Part shown: positions 9,392 through 19,482 of the stretch, piece after piece | Numbering within the stretch: the stretch's first letter is position 1 | Layout: each line of letters opens with the position of its first letter | DNA from: an uncultured Methanomassiliicoccales archaeon | GTDB taxonomy: Archaea; Thermoplasmatota; Thermoplasmata; Methanomassiliicoccales; UBA472 | Assembly (NCBI GenBank): GCA_963695345.1 | Contig: OY968769.1 | Span: 1,472,001-1,536,000, forward strand | DNA: 64,000 nucleotides | Direction: 5' to 3' | Notes under the pieces: model-generated | Told to the model about the DNA's origin: nothing | Database searches by the model: none | Seen by the model: only the letters and a program-made list of their open reading frames with translations | Program-made: the position numbers and the translations under genes

Positions 9392-12300
9392 TTAGGCCCT
9401 GCCCCTAGTAACCGACCTGATCATTTCGACCATATCCTGTATCAGATACGGTTTCTGGACCACCCCTGAAAAACCGAACTTCTTATGTTCGGCCATCACT
9501 GGATCATTTGAGTAACCCGACGAGACTATGACCACCGCCCCGGGATCGAGCTTCAGGAGCTCGACTATGGCCTCCTTACCGCCCATGCCACCGCGGATGG
9601 TCAGGTCCATGATCACAACGTCGAAGCCCTTGCCCTTGCGACCCGCCTCCATATAAAGGTCGATGGCAGCCCTGCCGTCTTTTGCCGTCTCCACAGTGAA
9701 ACCGTTCACCTCCAGCAGCTCCTTGCCCACTTCCAGGATCGATTCTTCGTCGTCCATCAGCAGAACCCTTATACCGGTGTTCGCTGGATTCATGGGGGTA
9801 TGTGCATCCGATTCCTCGATTTGAGCCGAGGGCAGTGTCATGATGAATGTCGTGCCCTGGCCTTCAGCGGTCTCCACATCGATCCAGCCTCCATGTCGAA
9901 TGGTTATCGAAAGGGCGGTGCTCAGTCCCAAGCCCTTCCCCACTCCCTTCGTTGAGAAGTAGGGATCGAATACTTTTGACAGGTTCTCTGTGGCAATTCC
10001 CGGTCCCTTGTCGGTTACCGACAATGTGACATATTTCCCTGATGGATGGCCGTTCTTGCTCTGTTCCATGGAGAAATTGGCTATTCTGACCAAGATCTCA
10101 CCCTGGGAGTCCATGGCCTCGCTGGCATTCCGAATCAGATTGCCCAATGCATGCATAATCTGGCCTTTGTCGATCTGGACCAGATCGACCTCCTGAGGAC
10201 TGACGACGTGGACGGTACTCGATGAACCCACGAGACCCGAATCGATCGCGTCTGTGACTAGGTCACGTATGTCCTGTATATTCTTGACCGGTTCTCCCCC
10301 TTTGGAGAATGTCAGCAGCTTATCTGCCAGCTTCTTGGCCCTGATGATCTCCGATTCCGTTTCGGCCAAACGGTTCATCAGAGGGTCGTTGTCCATCAGC
10401 TTCATCCTGACCAGTGTCACATTGCCTACTATGGACGTGAGGGCATTGTTGAACTCATGGGCTATCCCGCCCGCCAAGGTCCCCAACGATTCGAGCCTCT
10501 GACCGCGGAGCTTTTCCTGCTCCATTTGGATGCGTTCACTTATGTCCCTGCCCACGCTTTGTATCTCCAGCAGTTTTCCATCGGTATCGAAGATGCCACG
10601 GAATGTGGATTGTATCCAGCATATCTTGCCGTCTGCCCTCCTCAGATGGTATTCCCAGGTGTTGGTGGGTTTTTCTGGGGTCAAACCTGCTCCGATTTCC
10701 AGCAGGGCTTTCTTCTCATTTTCTGGGAAGTTCTCATCCAAGTTCTTTCCCACCAGCTCTTCCGTTCTTTTACCGAAGAAACGGCTGAAGGCCCCGTTGA
10801 CGAAAGTAATGGTGCCGTCCATTTGCAGCCTGGTAATCAGGTCGGTCTGGTCCTCGACCACCGAACGGTATTCCGCCTCCCTTTTCCTCAAGGCCTGTTC
10901 CATGAGGTCGTTTTCGGTTATGTCCCTAAATATCGCGAATGTACCGAGGTATTGCCCTTCTGGACCTCTTCTTGGTGTGGCGGTTACAAGGAGGGTCCTT
11001 CGAGCCCCGTCCTGCCTTACCAGGTTCCAGCGGTATGTGGAACGACCCTTCGCCTTTCCGATCTCATCCGCCAGAATCCTTCTTCCCTCATCATCGGTGA
11101 AACTCGTAACATTCAGATCGACCAGCTTACCCCTCTGAACTCCGAAGCACTCGTCCGCCGCCGGATTCGAGAAGGTGACCTTTCCCTTGTCGTCAACAAG
11201 GAGTATGCCTTCACCCTGGTTGTTGACCAGGTCTCGATACCTTTCCTCGGAGGCATGAAGGTCCCTTTCCGCCTCGTTCCTCCGATCGATCTCAGACTCC
11301 AGGACCTTGTTGATCTCCAACAGCTCACCGGTGCGTTTCTCGACGAGCTCTTCGAGGTTCTCGCGGTACTTTCTCAGATCTTCCTCAGTCTGTTTCCTCT
11401 CGGTGATATCGTGTCCAACTATCTGCACCTCACCAGCGTCGTTCTCGTTAGGTATTCCGCGCAATGTCCACTGGTGTATCCGTTCTCGTCCCTGGTTGTC
11501 TATTACAAAGAACTCACAGGTCATGACGTCGTTCGTGCCGATCAGCGATCCGACCTTCATAAGGTATCCAGCCCGGTCTTCTGGGCGTAGATTTAGTTGG
11601 GAACTGCCACCGACTACCTTGCCCGCCTCCTTGCCGAAATAGGTGCAGAACTGTCCATTGGCGAAGGTGATCTTCAGATCAGGGGCTATGCGGAATATCA
11701 GGTCGGTCTGGTCCTCCACCACCATCCGGTACCGGTCCTCGCTCTTGTGGATCTCGGCTTCCGAGCTCTGCAGGCTGTCCAGCATCTGGTTGATCGAGAC
11801 CGAGAGCGTAGAAAGCTCATCCCGGCCGTCAATTCTGACCCTCCTGTCGAAGGAGCGGCCGTCCCTGACCGCGGCCACATCCTCATCCAGCCTACGTACC
11901 CTTGAGGTGATGAACCGCTCGATGAAAAGGACCGATACGAGAGTGAACATCAACCCTACAATGATTAGTATGGTGTTCAGGTATCCCAGAGTGGTCTGGC
12001 CTTGGATATGGACGTCCCGGTACATCTCGGAACGTATCACCATGGAAGACTGTCCCGAAACATCCTTGACGGCGGAGTACACCGCCAGCGAGGAATCGTT
12101 CATGATCTCTACATGATTTTCTCCATTCATGATGCGGCTCAGGTCCTGATGGTCAAGTTCTGAATTGATCATCAGGTCATTTCCGGGTAGAATCGTGAAT
12201 TTTGAGCCAGTCAGGTTCTCAATGATCCCGATCTCTGAAGCATCCAAGTATCTGCCCATCATGAGCTGCCCGTGGCTGGGGCCCTCGGATTGGCTGGTGA

Positions 12301-12823
12301 GGATCGAATGGGTCGATATCATCAACGGCCTTCCATCGATCTCAATGATGCCGGTGACCCCGGTGATTCCGTCTGCGCTGCTGAGTAACGGGTCTCCGGG
12401 CACCAAACGGTCCAGGAACGCCTGCGGGGCGGGCACCTTAGAGTCCGTTTGGAGATCGAAGAAGGTCAGGTTCACTATTATATTGTTGATGTCGACGACC
12501 GCGAAAACATTGACCCTGAGATTCGTGAAAAAGCTACTGTCAAGGTCGTTGGTGGTAAATTCAGTGTTATGATCCACGGCGTATTGATAGGAGACGTCCC
12601 AGACCGCCCAATCGTACACATTCCTTTCCAACTGGCTCTCTTGGTTCTTTAGCGATGTGGTAATTCGCTGGATGTTATCGACGCAGTCCTTTTCCTCGAT
12701 ACTTGAGTATCCTTGGCTCAGGACAATGGAGGAGAATCCAGCCAAGACGATGACCATGGCCATCATGATCATTCCAATGACGTGGAACGTCTTGCTTCTG
12801 AGCTTCATCCAATTTCCTCGCAA
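9392..12823 (-). CDS. Hybrid sensor histidine kinase CHASE4-HAMP-3xPAS-HisKA-HATPase-REC
   Basis: Two TM helices, DWAVWD (CHASE4), DELS.L (HAMP), PAS repeats, LAGGIAHEFNN, NLIRNA, D.GPGI, FSTK, GLGL, LLMDDE...MDLT receiver. Confidence 0.93.
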   Translation of the reverse strand: MRGNWMKLRSKTFHVIGMIMMAMVIVLAGFSSIVLSQGYSSIEEKDCVDNIQRITTSLKNQESQLERNVYDWAVWDVSYQYAVDHNTEFTTNDLDSSFFTNLRVNVFAVVDINNIIVNLTFFDLQTDSKVPAPQAFLDRLVPGDPLLSSADGITGVTGIIEIDGRPLMISTHSILTSQSEGPSHGQLMMGRYLDASEIGIIENLTGSKFTILPGNDLMINSELDHQDLSRIMNGENHVEIMNDSSLAVYSAVKDVSGQSSMVIRSEMYRDVHIQGQTTLGYLNTILIIVGLMFTLVSVLFIERFITSRVRRLDEDVAAVRDGRSFDRRVRIDGRDELSTLSVSINQMLDSLQSSEAEIHKSEDRYRMVVEDQTDLIFRIAPDLKITFANGQFCTYFGKEAGKVVGGSSQLNLRPEDRAGYLMKVGSLIGTNDVMTCEFFVIDNQGRERIHQWTLRGIPNENDAGEVQIVGHDITERKQTEEDLRKYRENLEELVEKRTGELLEINKVLESEIDRRNEAERDLHASEERYRDLVNNQGEGILLVDDKGKVTFSNPAADECFGVQRGKLVDLNVTSFTDDEGRRILADEIGKAKGRSTYRWNLVRQDGARRTLLVTATPRRGPEGQYLGTFAIFRDITENDLMEQALRKREAEYRSVVEDQTDLITRLQMDGTITFVNGAFSRFFGKRTEELVGKNLDENFPENEKKALLEIGAGLTPEKPTNTWEYHLRRADGKICWIQSTFRGIFDTDGKLLEIQSVGRDISERIQMEQEKLRGQRLESLGTLAGGIAHEFNNALTSIVGNVTLVRMKLMDNDPLMNRLAETESEIIRAKKLADKLLTFSKGGEPVKNIQDIRDLVTDAIDSGLVGSSSTVHVVSPQEVDLVQIDKGQIMHALGNLIRNASEAMDSQGEILVRIANFSMEQSKNGHPSGKYVTLSVTDKGPGIATENLSKVFDPYFSTKGVGKGLGLSTALSITIRHGGWIDVETAEGQGTTFIMTLPSAQIEESDAHTPMNPANTGIRVLLMDDEESILEVGKELLEVNGFTVETAKDGRAAIDLYMEAGRKGKGFDVVIMDLTIRGGMGGKEAIVELLKLDPGAVVIVSSGYSNDPVMAEHKKFGFSGVVQKPYLIQDMVEMIRSVTRGRA

Positions 12824-12919
12824 GCCATAGCCGTCGGCGTCTCACTATTCAGGCTTGGAGGGCTTTTCAGTGTATTTATCCACCGAGGGTTTGATTTCGC
12901 AATCCTGATAACCTGCCCA

Positions 12920-14470
12920 TCAGGTGCGCATCACGTTGGAGGTGAGGGAACGCCCGAACGCCTTCTCGAAGGCCTTTCCATCGGACTCGACGCCCCATAC
13001 TTCTAGCTGAACGTCCTCGTCGCTGTGTATGGCTATGACCACCGATGCTTTCTCCACAGCAACGAACTCCGCCTGTGAGACCAGGCCGGTGTGGCTTCGG
13101 TCCAGGCTCTCCGCCAGGCGCAGCAGCACCGAGAGAAGGATGACGACCTTCTGGGAATGCTCGTCCAGGTCTTCCAGGTCCGGGTCCTTCTTCCTCGGTA
13201 TCTTCTTGCGGTGGAACCTCGCCAGGTCCGCCATGATCGCGATCTCCCGCTGGTCGAACCCGAGCAATTCCGCGTTCCGGATGATGTAGTGGGAGTGCAA
13301 ATGGTGATTGTTGAACGATATGAAATCGCCGATGTCGTGCAGGAAGGCGGCGTAGCCCAGGAGTTCCCTCTCCCAATCCCCGAAGTTATGGAGCCCTTGC
13401 CTGAAACCGCTGTCGAACAATGACAGCGCCAGCCCCCTCACCCTTTGCGCATGCATCTCGTCCAGGTTGCAGGATCGCCCCAACTGCATGACGCTCCTTT
13501 CCCTCACCGACATCTGCTTGTATTCCTGGTCATCCCCTTGGGCCAGGTATTCCGCGAGAAGTCCGTCCCTGAGGCCTCGTTCGCTGATCGCCACCTCCTC
13601 CAGGCCGAACTCGTCCATGAGGGTCTCCAGGATGGCCCCGCCACCGATGATTATGTCCGCCCTCTCCGGGTTCATGCCGGGAACCTTCCTTCTCTCCTCG
13701 AGCGGAAGGGAGCAGAGCATTGTCATGATCCTTTTCAGCTGCGGACGGCGCAGGGTCATGTTCCTGGAATCGGTGTTGCCGTTGATCCGGTTCGCTATCT
13801 CGGCCAGGTTGATCGCCGTGCCGGAAGAGGCGACAGCGAAGCTCAGCTTCTCCTCCTTGACCCGATGCGTGGTCCTGATGACCGCGTTGCGGACATACTT
13901 CCGCATCTTGTTGTAGGCAACCACGGACACCGGGGTCTTGGCACCTTCCGGCAAGAACAGATTGGTGAGCCGTATAGCGCCCAGCTTCAGGCTGTCCAGA
14001 TAGCCGTAGTTCTCCTGGTCTCCGATGATGATCTCGGTGCTGCCGCCGCCTATGTCGATGAACAGCGCTTTGCGTCCCCTGATGTGCAGGCCGCTGGCCA
14101 CGCCAAGGTAGATGAGACGGGCCTCCTCCTTGCCGGAGATGACCGACACGTCGATCCTGGCCTCCTCCCTGAGGCGGTTCAGCAGGTCGAGCTGGTTCTT
14201 TGCCTCGCGGGCGGCCGATGTGGCCACCGCGATCACCTCTTCCGCCCCGTAGGCGCGGGATAGCTCAGCGAACTTCTTGACCACCATCACTCCGCGGTAT
14301 ATCGCCTCCGGAGTGAGCATCTGATCACGGAACTCGCCTTCGCCGAGACGCACGACCTCCTTCTCCTGGCTCAGGACGGTATAGGACCGGTTGGGATTGA
14401 CGCGAACCACCAGGAGCCTGACCGAATTGGTGCCTATGTCGATGAAACCCACTACCTTAGGCCCGTTCAT
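12920..14470 (-). CDS. ppx: Exopolyphosphatase Ppx/GppA with C-terminal HD domain
   Basis: IDIGTNSVRL, ATSAAREA, EEARL, DIGGGSTE, RADII, GLRDG, LHDIG; start ATG 14470. Confidence 0.93.
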   Translation of the reverse strand: MNGPKVVGFIDIGTNSVRLLVVRVNPNRSYTVLSQEKEVVRLGEGEFRDQMLTPEAIYRGVMVVKKFAELSRAYGAEEVIAVATSAAREAKNQLDLLNRLREEARIDVSVISGKEEARLIYLGVASGLHIRGRKALFIDIGGGSTEIIIGDQENYGYLDSLKLGAIRLTNLFLPEGAKTPVSVVAYNKMRKYVRNAVIRTTHRVKEEKLSFAVASSGTAINLAEIANRINGNTDSRNMTLRRPQLKRIMTMLCSLPLEERRKVPGMNPERADIIIGGGAILETLMDEFGLEEVAISERGLRDGLLAEYLAQGDDQEYKQMSVRERSVMQLGRSCNLDEMHAQRVRGLALSLFDSGFRQGLHNFGDWERELLGYAAFLHDIGDFISFNNHHLHSHYIIRNAELLGFDQREIAIMADLARFHRKKIPRKKDPDLEDLDEHSQKVVILLSVLLRLAESLDRSHTGLVSQAEFVAVEKASVVIAIHSDEDVQLEVWGVESDGKAFEKAFGRSLTSNVMRT

Positions 14471-14471
14471 T

Positions 14472-15983
14472 TCAGTTCCACTCAAACGCGAGTTTCCTAT
14501 TGAATGTCTTCTCAAAAAGGTCCTTCTTTTCCCGTGCCTTCTGCAGCTCTCGGTCCGGGTAACCGATCGCTCCCAACCGGAGGATGGTCCTTTCCTTCCT
14601 CATAGTGCACTCGATCGATCTGACCAACGAGGAATGCGACACATCCAGGGCATCGGCTACTCGGAGCATAGAGGCCAGCCGGTCCACCACCTTCCTGTCG
14701 GCTGCGTTCAGACCCCGGTAAACGATGTGACTATCCTTCGGGAGGGCGCCCCGGTGATATCTGGCCACGCTGGCCACGATCGCTCTCTCCCTATCGTCGA
14801 ATGACAGCCGGTCCTCCTCCATGATCATCTCGAGCGAACTCTTGTGATGGTCCTTCTGTCCCTCCTTCCAGCCGATGTCATGCAATACACTGGCATATTC
14901 GAGAAGTTCCCTCTCCGCAGCTCCTAGTGAATGCAGGGGCTGGAGGCAGTCGAATAGCTGCAGCGAAAGGTCCGTTACATGAAGTGAGTGGTCCTCGTCG
15001 ATCCCGCAGCTCTTGATGATGGTCTTGACCTGTTCAAGTTTGGACATATCCCCCGAACTGGGAAGTGCCGGGACGGCATCCGGCATGATCGAGTTCAGCA
15101 GATCGGTGAAGAAGTCCTCCTCGATTAGCGATTCCCAGGTCCTGACGAAACTGTCATAGCCCCCGATCCGCGCCTCCATCCGGTCATGCAGAAGGGCGTC
15201 TAGGCCGGGATCGTTGCCCCCTCGTACGTTCAGCAGACCGATCCAAACGTCGCAGTCATGCAGTTCGCCCAGCCGGTCCTGCAGGTCCTTAATGACGGCG
15301 ATACGGCCCTGCAGCGTCTCGCCGTAGAGGTTCAAGAAAGCCTCCATGGTATAGCGCAGGCGCTTGGCGGCGATCCTCATCTGGTGCTGCCTTTCTTTGG
15401 CTTCAGGCTGATGGACGCAGTCCTTCAATGACAGCAATTCATCCAGCCGGAACGAGATATGGTGAAATGCCCTTTCCATGGTTCCAGGAGGAACTGAACA
15501 GCGTGGTGGCCGGCGGGCCTCCTCAAATGCCCGCCGCATATCCTCCAGTACCTCCTTCCGTTCCAGTCTTTCCAGGCCAGAAACGATTCTTGGCTGTGCG
15601 CTTGCCCTTCGGTCCTCCAGCTCGGTCATCAGAGCCCTCAGGGAGGGGTAATCCTCATGGGAACCGACAAACTCCTTCAGGAACGCAATCTGGACGTCGA
15701 GGTCCCTGGCTTCCCCCAGGTCCCTGGTCACCGAACGGACCGTCCGGTTCCATTTCCTGACCTCATCCGCATCAAAGCACTCGCCGAAAAGCCCCAGCGC
15801 TGACCTCAATCTCCGGGATGCCACCCGCATCCGGTGAACGAACTCGATGTCGTCCTCCCCCTTGACCCCTCGGATCTCTGAGGAGAGAGAGTCCAGCGAG
15901 GCGAGCAGACGTTCCGCGCCATACGCCCGGTAGTGCTCCATGCCCCTGATCATCATGGGCGGTTCGCCTTTAGGAGCCGCCAT
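14472..15983 (-). CDS. CHAD-domain protein fused to a Ppx-type HD domain
   Basis: VHRMRVASRRLRS, RDLDV, HQMRIAAKRLRY, LQD.LG.LHD (CHAD); LHDIGW..HHK..ARYHR..LRVADALD (HD). Confidence 0.9.
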   Translation of the reverse strand: MAAPKGEPPMMIRGMEHYRAYGAERLLASLDSLSSEIRGVKGEDDIEFVHRMRVASRRLRSALGLFGECFDADEVRKWNRTVRSVTRDLGEARDLDVQIAFLKEFVGSHEDYPSLRALMTELEDRRASAQPRIVSGLERLERKEVLEDMRRAFEEARRPPRCSVPPGTMERAFHHISFRLDELLSLKDCVHQPEAKERQHQMRIAAKRLRYTMEAFLNLYGETLQGRIAVIKDLQDRLGELHDCDVWIGLLNVRGGNDPGLDALLHDRMEARIGGYDSFVRTWESLIEEDFFTDLLNSIMPDAVPALPSSGDMSKLEQVKTIIKSCGIDEDHSLHVTDLSLQLFDCLQPLHSLGAAERELLEYASVLHDIGWKEGQKDHHKSSLEMIMEEDRLSFDDRERAIVASVARYHRGALPKDSHIVYRGLNAADRKVVDRLASMLRVADALDVSHSSLVRSIECTMRKERTILRLGAIGYPDRELQKAREKKDLFEKTFNRKLAFEWN

Positions 15984-18123
15984 GCCACTTACCCCGGTGC
16001 TTGATCATCCACAGCTGTGAGTTCATCTTCTTCTCCCCATGCTCCAATTTTACCCGATGGTATGAGCCATCCGAGGAAAGGACCCAGGCTTTGACGTTGT
16101 CCGCCAGGTGCACTTCGAGGATGTCCTTGACTATGGCGTTCCTCAATTTCTTGTCCCCGACCGGGAACAGAACCTCGACCCGTTTCTGGAGGTTGCGGGG
16201 CATCATGTCCGAGGAGCCCATCAGCACCTCCTCATCCCCCCCGTTTTTGAAATAGAATATCCGGGAGTGTTCCAGGAAACGGCCCAGGATGGATGTGACC
16301 CGGATGTTCTCGCTGATCCCCTTGATCCCGGGGCGGAGGCAGCAGTGACCCCTTATGTTGAGGTCGATCTTGACCCCCGCCATCGAGGCCCGGTACAGCG
16401 CCTGGATGACCTCCTTGTCCACCAGTGCGTTCAGCTTCCAACCGATGTAGCCGTTGCCCTTCTCCTTGTGCCTTTCGATCTCCCTATCGATCCGGCGGAT
16501 GATCTCCCTCCGCATGGAGACCGGAGCGACCAGAAGCTTCCGGTAGTCGACCTTCTGCGAGTATCCGGTCAGTGAATTGAACAGGTCGGAGACGTCCGAA
16601 CCGATATCGTGGTCGGCCGTCATGTATCCGATATCCCCGTAGACCCGGGCGGTGTTGGCATTGTAATTGCCGGAACTGATGTGCGAATAACGCACGATGC
16701 CGCTCTTCTCCTTGCGTATGATCAGGCACAGCTTGGCATGGACCTTGAGGTCCGCCAGACCGTAGACGACATGCACTCCCTTGGTCTCCAGCGCCCGGGC
16801 CCATTCGATGTTGTTCTCCTCATCGAACCGGGCCTTGAGCTCCACCGTGGCCGCCACCGCCTTGCCGTTGTCCCGGGCGTCCATCAACGCCTCGATGATG
16901 GGAGAATGCCGGTCCACCCGGTAGAGGGTGATCTTGATCGCCAGCACCTCCGGGTCGACCGCCGCCTCCTTGAGCAGGTTCACCACCGGCACGAACGAGT
17001 CGTACGGATGGTACAGCACATAGTCATGGTCCCTGATGGCGGCGAATATGTTCTTCTCGTTCTGCAGCGCCGGCGGAACATAGGGCAGGAAGGGGATGTC
17101 CTTCAGGTCCTGGCGGGGCAGGCTCCACAGCTGCCACAGGTCAACGAAGCCCAATGGCGGCGGCGTCTGGTATACCAGGTAGGGCGGGAGGCCCAGCTTG
17201 CTGGCGAAAAGATCGCGGAGGTGCACCGGCATGGAACCGTCGACCTCCAATCTGGTCGGGGCGCCAACCCGGCGGCTCTCCACCCCTTCCTCTACAGCGG
17301 TGAGCAGGTCCTCCGCCTCGTCGAGCTCGATCTCGATGTCGGCGTCCCTGGTGATCCGGAAGGCATAGGATGTCTCCACCTTCATCCCCGGGAAGAGCAT
17401 GTCGAGGTTCGATGCCACCAGGTCCTCCAGGAACACGAAGTGGTTCCCCTTGCCGGACTTGTCGGTGTCGTCGTCAAACTCGACCAGGCGGGGGAACAGT
17501 CCGTTCGGCACCTTGACCCTGGCGTACTTCTCGCGTCCGTTCGCGTCCCGCACAACGACGGCGAGATTGATCGATAGGTTGGATATGAACGGGAACGGGT
17601 GGACCAGGTCCAGTGCCAGCGGGGTAAGGGTCGGGAAGATGACCTTCTCGAAATGTTCTCTCAGCTGGTCCCGTTCATCCTTCGTGAGTTCATCCATCCG
17701 GTGGATGTGGATACCGTTCTTTTTCAACCTGGGCAGGATGTCGTCCTGCCAGCATTTCAGGTGTTCGTCAAGGAGCGGCTTCAGTTCCTCGCGCAGGGTA
17801 AGGAGCTGTTCAAGCGGGGTCATTCCGTCCGGGGGCGGTTCCAACGCCCCCTTGTTCAATTGCCGTTTGAGCCCAGAGACCCTGATCATGAAGAACTCGT
17901 CGAGGTTGCTGCCGCAGATAGCCAGGAACTTCACCCTCTCAAGCAGTGGATGGGTGTGGTCCTTCGCCTCCTCAAGGACACGAGTGTCAAACCTCACCCA
18001 GCTTATCTCCCGGTTGATGAACAGATGGGGATCGTCCAGGATATTCTCCGCCCCTTCGCTGAGCGGGCTGCTGAGATCGATGACCACCTTCTTTTTCTGG
18101 GACTTCTTGGGCTTCTCTTTCAT
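15970..18123 (-). CDS. ppk1: Polyphosphate kinase 1
   Basis: NREISW, SNLDEFFMIRV, HPFPFISN, HPYDSF, ELKARFDEE, KVHAK, GRFLEHSR; start probably ATG 18123 (track gives 18165). Confidence 0.96.
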   Translation of the reverse strand: MKEKPKKSQKKKVVIDLSSPLSEGAENILDDPHLFINREISWVRFDTRVLEEAKDHTHPLLERVKFLAICGSNLDEFFMIRVSGLKRQLNKGALEPPPDGMTPLEQLLTLREELKPLLDEHLKCWQDDILPRLKKNGIHIHRMDELTKDERDQLREHFEKVIFPTLTPLALDLVHPFPFISNLSINLAVVVRDANGREKYARVKVPNGLFPRLVEFDDDTDKSGKGNHFVFLEDLVASNLDMLFPGMKVETSYAFRITRDADIEIELDEAEDLLTAVEEGVESRRVGAPTRLEVDGSMPVHLRDLFASKLGLPPYLVYQTPPPLGFVDLWQLWSLPRQDLKDIPFLPYVPPALQNEKNIFAAIRDHDYVLYHPYDSFVPVVNLLKEAAVDPEVLAIKITLYRVDRHSPIIEALMDARDNGKAVAATVELKARFDEENNIEWARALETKGVHVVYGLADLKVHAKLCLIIRKEKSGIVRYSHISSGNYNANTARVYGDIGYMTADHDIGSDVSDLFNSLTGYSQKVDYRKLLVAPVSMRREIIRRIDREIERHKEKGNGYIGWKLNALVDKEVIQALYRASMAGVKIDLNIRGHCCLRPGIKGISENIRVTSILGRFLEHSRIFYFKNGGDEEVLMGSSDMMPRNLQKRVEVLFPVGDKKLRNAIVKDILEVHLADNVKAWVLSSDGSYHRVKLEHGEKKMNSQLWMIKHRGKWHGGS

Positions 18124-18260
18124 CTTAGCGGGTAAAGGCAAGCAATGCGTATTTATGTTGTCCATATAGAGAACGGTCAGGGTTCGAACGAGGCTCCGGT
18201 TGAACGGCGCCCCTCAATAAGCTTTTTGTACAAAGACCACGTTCGGTAAATTCCAGCTTT

Positions 18261-18347
18261 GGAGGGGTAGCCAAGCTTGGCCAACGGCGCTAGATTCAGG
18301 GTCTAGTCCCTAGCGGTCCAAGGGTTCAAATCCCTTCTCCTCCACCA
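18261..18347 (+). tRNA. tRNA-Leu(CAG), CCA encoded
   Basis: Acceptor GGAGGGG/CTCCTCC, anticodon arm CTAGA-TTCAGGG-TCTAG, long variable arm, T arm AAGGG-TTCAAAT-CCCTT, ends ACCA. Confidence 0.95.
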
Positions 18348-18398
18348 TTCCTTTCTTCTGCAATATTACGCCTATGGATGTGTATTTCGGAGAATAAG

Positions 18399-18779
18399 TC
18401 ATAATTTTCCATATGCTCTTTTCCAACCCACCGCCTTTTCAATAAATGCTGAATATCCATAAGTCTGGATAAACTCGGTCGATTCCCGGTACTTGGTATA
18501 CTTCTGTCCATTCTTCCCCCAGAAGTTCGCAAGGATCTCGCAGCCATACTCTGGGCAATCAGCGCATGTCTCTAGCTTCCTGTTGATGAAGCAGCAAACC
18601 TTGATTTCACACTTCGCCCTAGTAATATCTCTCTTCCCATCTTGATAGCCTAATTTACATCCCTTACAATAACCGCTGGTGAATGGGGGGCAGGTCTTAC
18701 AATAGGCACCGCAACATCCGATGGTCCTGATCTCTCCATCAGAGCATGGATCGTCTGAAATCATAGCATTCACATTCAA
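18399..18779 (-). CDS. DUF3795-family Cys-rich (Fe-S/Zn) protein
   Basis: GCCGAYCKTCP, CKGC, CEIKVCC, TCADCPEYGC pattern; alternative start ATG 18764. Confidence 0.85.
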   Translation of the reverse strand: MNVNAMISDDPCSDGEIRTIGCCGAYCKTCPPFTSGYCKGCKLGYQDGKRDITRAKCEIKVCCFINRKLETCADCPEYGCEILANFWGKNGQKYTKYRESTEFIQTYGYSAFIEKAVGWKRAYGKL

Positions 18780-18906
18780 ACTCTAATTGTATAGTGTGTA
18801 ACGCAATTTACTTTTCTCCACTTCCAATTCGTGAGTTCAAATTGAACGCATGTTTCATTCTACAAGACCAACAAATGCCATAAGTGCCCGCCGGCCGCCT
18901 GATCAG

Positions 18907-18963
18907 AGATTCAGGGTCTAGTCCCTCGCGGTCCAAGGGTTCAAATCCCTTCTCCTCCACCAT
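18907..18963 (+). repeat. Duplicated 3' part of tRNA-Leu (att-like site)
   Basis: agattcagggtctagtccct[c]gcggtccaagggttcaaatcccttctcctccaccat matches 18292-18348 except A18312/C18927. Confidence 0.95.
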
Positions 18964-19021
18964 ATTTTTCATCTCCATTGTGTCCACAATGCTTATCGCC
19001 GTCCTAAGCAGTCCTGGAGCA

Positions 19022-19477
19022 ATGAAGGCCTTGGTAATGTTCGAATCGAAATATGGTAACACTGAGAAGATCGCCCGGGCAATCGCTGAAGGCCTCAAAG
19101 AAGGAGGTCTAGAATCCATCGAGTGCCGTGCCCTCTCGCAATCCGGGGAGGAGGATTTCCAGGGAAAGGATCTGTGGGTGCTCGGTACGCCGACCCATTA
19201 TGGCACCGTCCCGTTCCGGTTCTCCACGTTACTGAAGAATGCACTGAAGGAGGACCATCCAAACGTTAGGGCGGCCATCTTCGACACCCGGATGAAGGAT
19301 TTTCCCCGGGGCTCGGTCGTCAAGCTGAAGAAGATATTGGTGAAAAAGAACAAACCGGTCATCGCGGAGGATTCTTTCGTCGTGGTCGGGATGCGCGGAC
19401 CTCTCGCCGAGGGAGAAGAGGAAAGGGCCCGGCGCTTCGGGAAGGACATAGCGGGTCAGTTAAATGCTCAACCATGA
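19022..19477 (+). CDS. Flavodoxin-family protein
   Basis: ESKYGNTEKIA, LGTPTH, AIFDTR, GPL.EGE.ERA; start ATG 19022. Confidence 0.9.
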   Translation: MKALVMFESKYGNTEKIARAIAEGLKEGGLESIECRALSQSGEEDFQGKDLWVLGTPTHYGTVPFRFSTLLKNALKEDHPNVRAAIFDTRMKDFPRGSVVKLKKILVKKNKPVIAEDSFVVVGMRGPLAEGEEERARRFGKDIAGQLNAQP

Positions 19478-19482
19478 GCTCT

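Larger units (their letters stand above)
18292..18963. mobile_element. Minimal tRNA-integrated cassette or island remnant bounded by att-like direct repeats
   Basis: 57-bp direct repeats 18292-18348 and 18907-18963 (one mismatch) enclose an AT-richer segment with one gene; no integrase. Confidence 0.7.

Noticed and set aside
18907-18963. Second tRNA-Leu gene or split tRNA half
   Set aside because: No 5' acceptor strand or D arm and no complementary leader for trans-splicing; the intact gene is 615 bp upstream, so an att duplication explains it.
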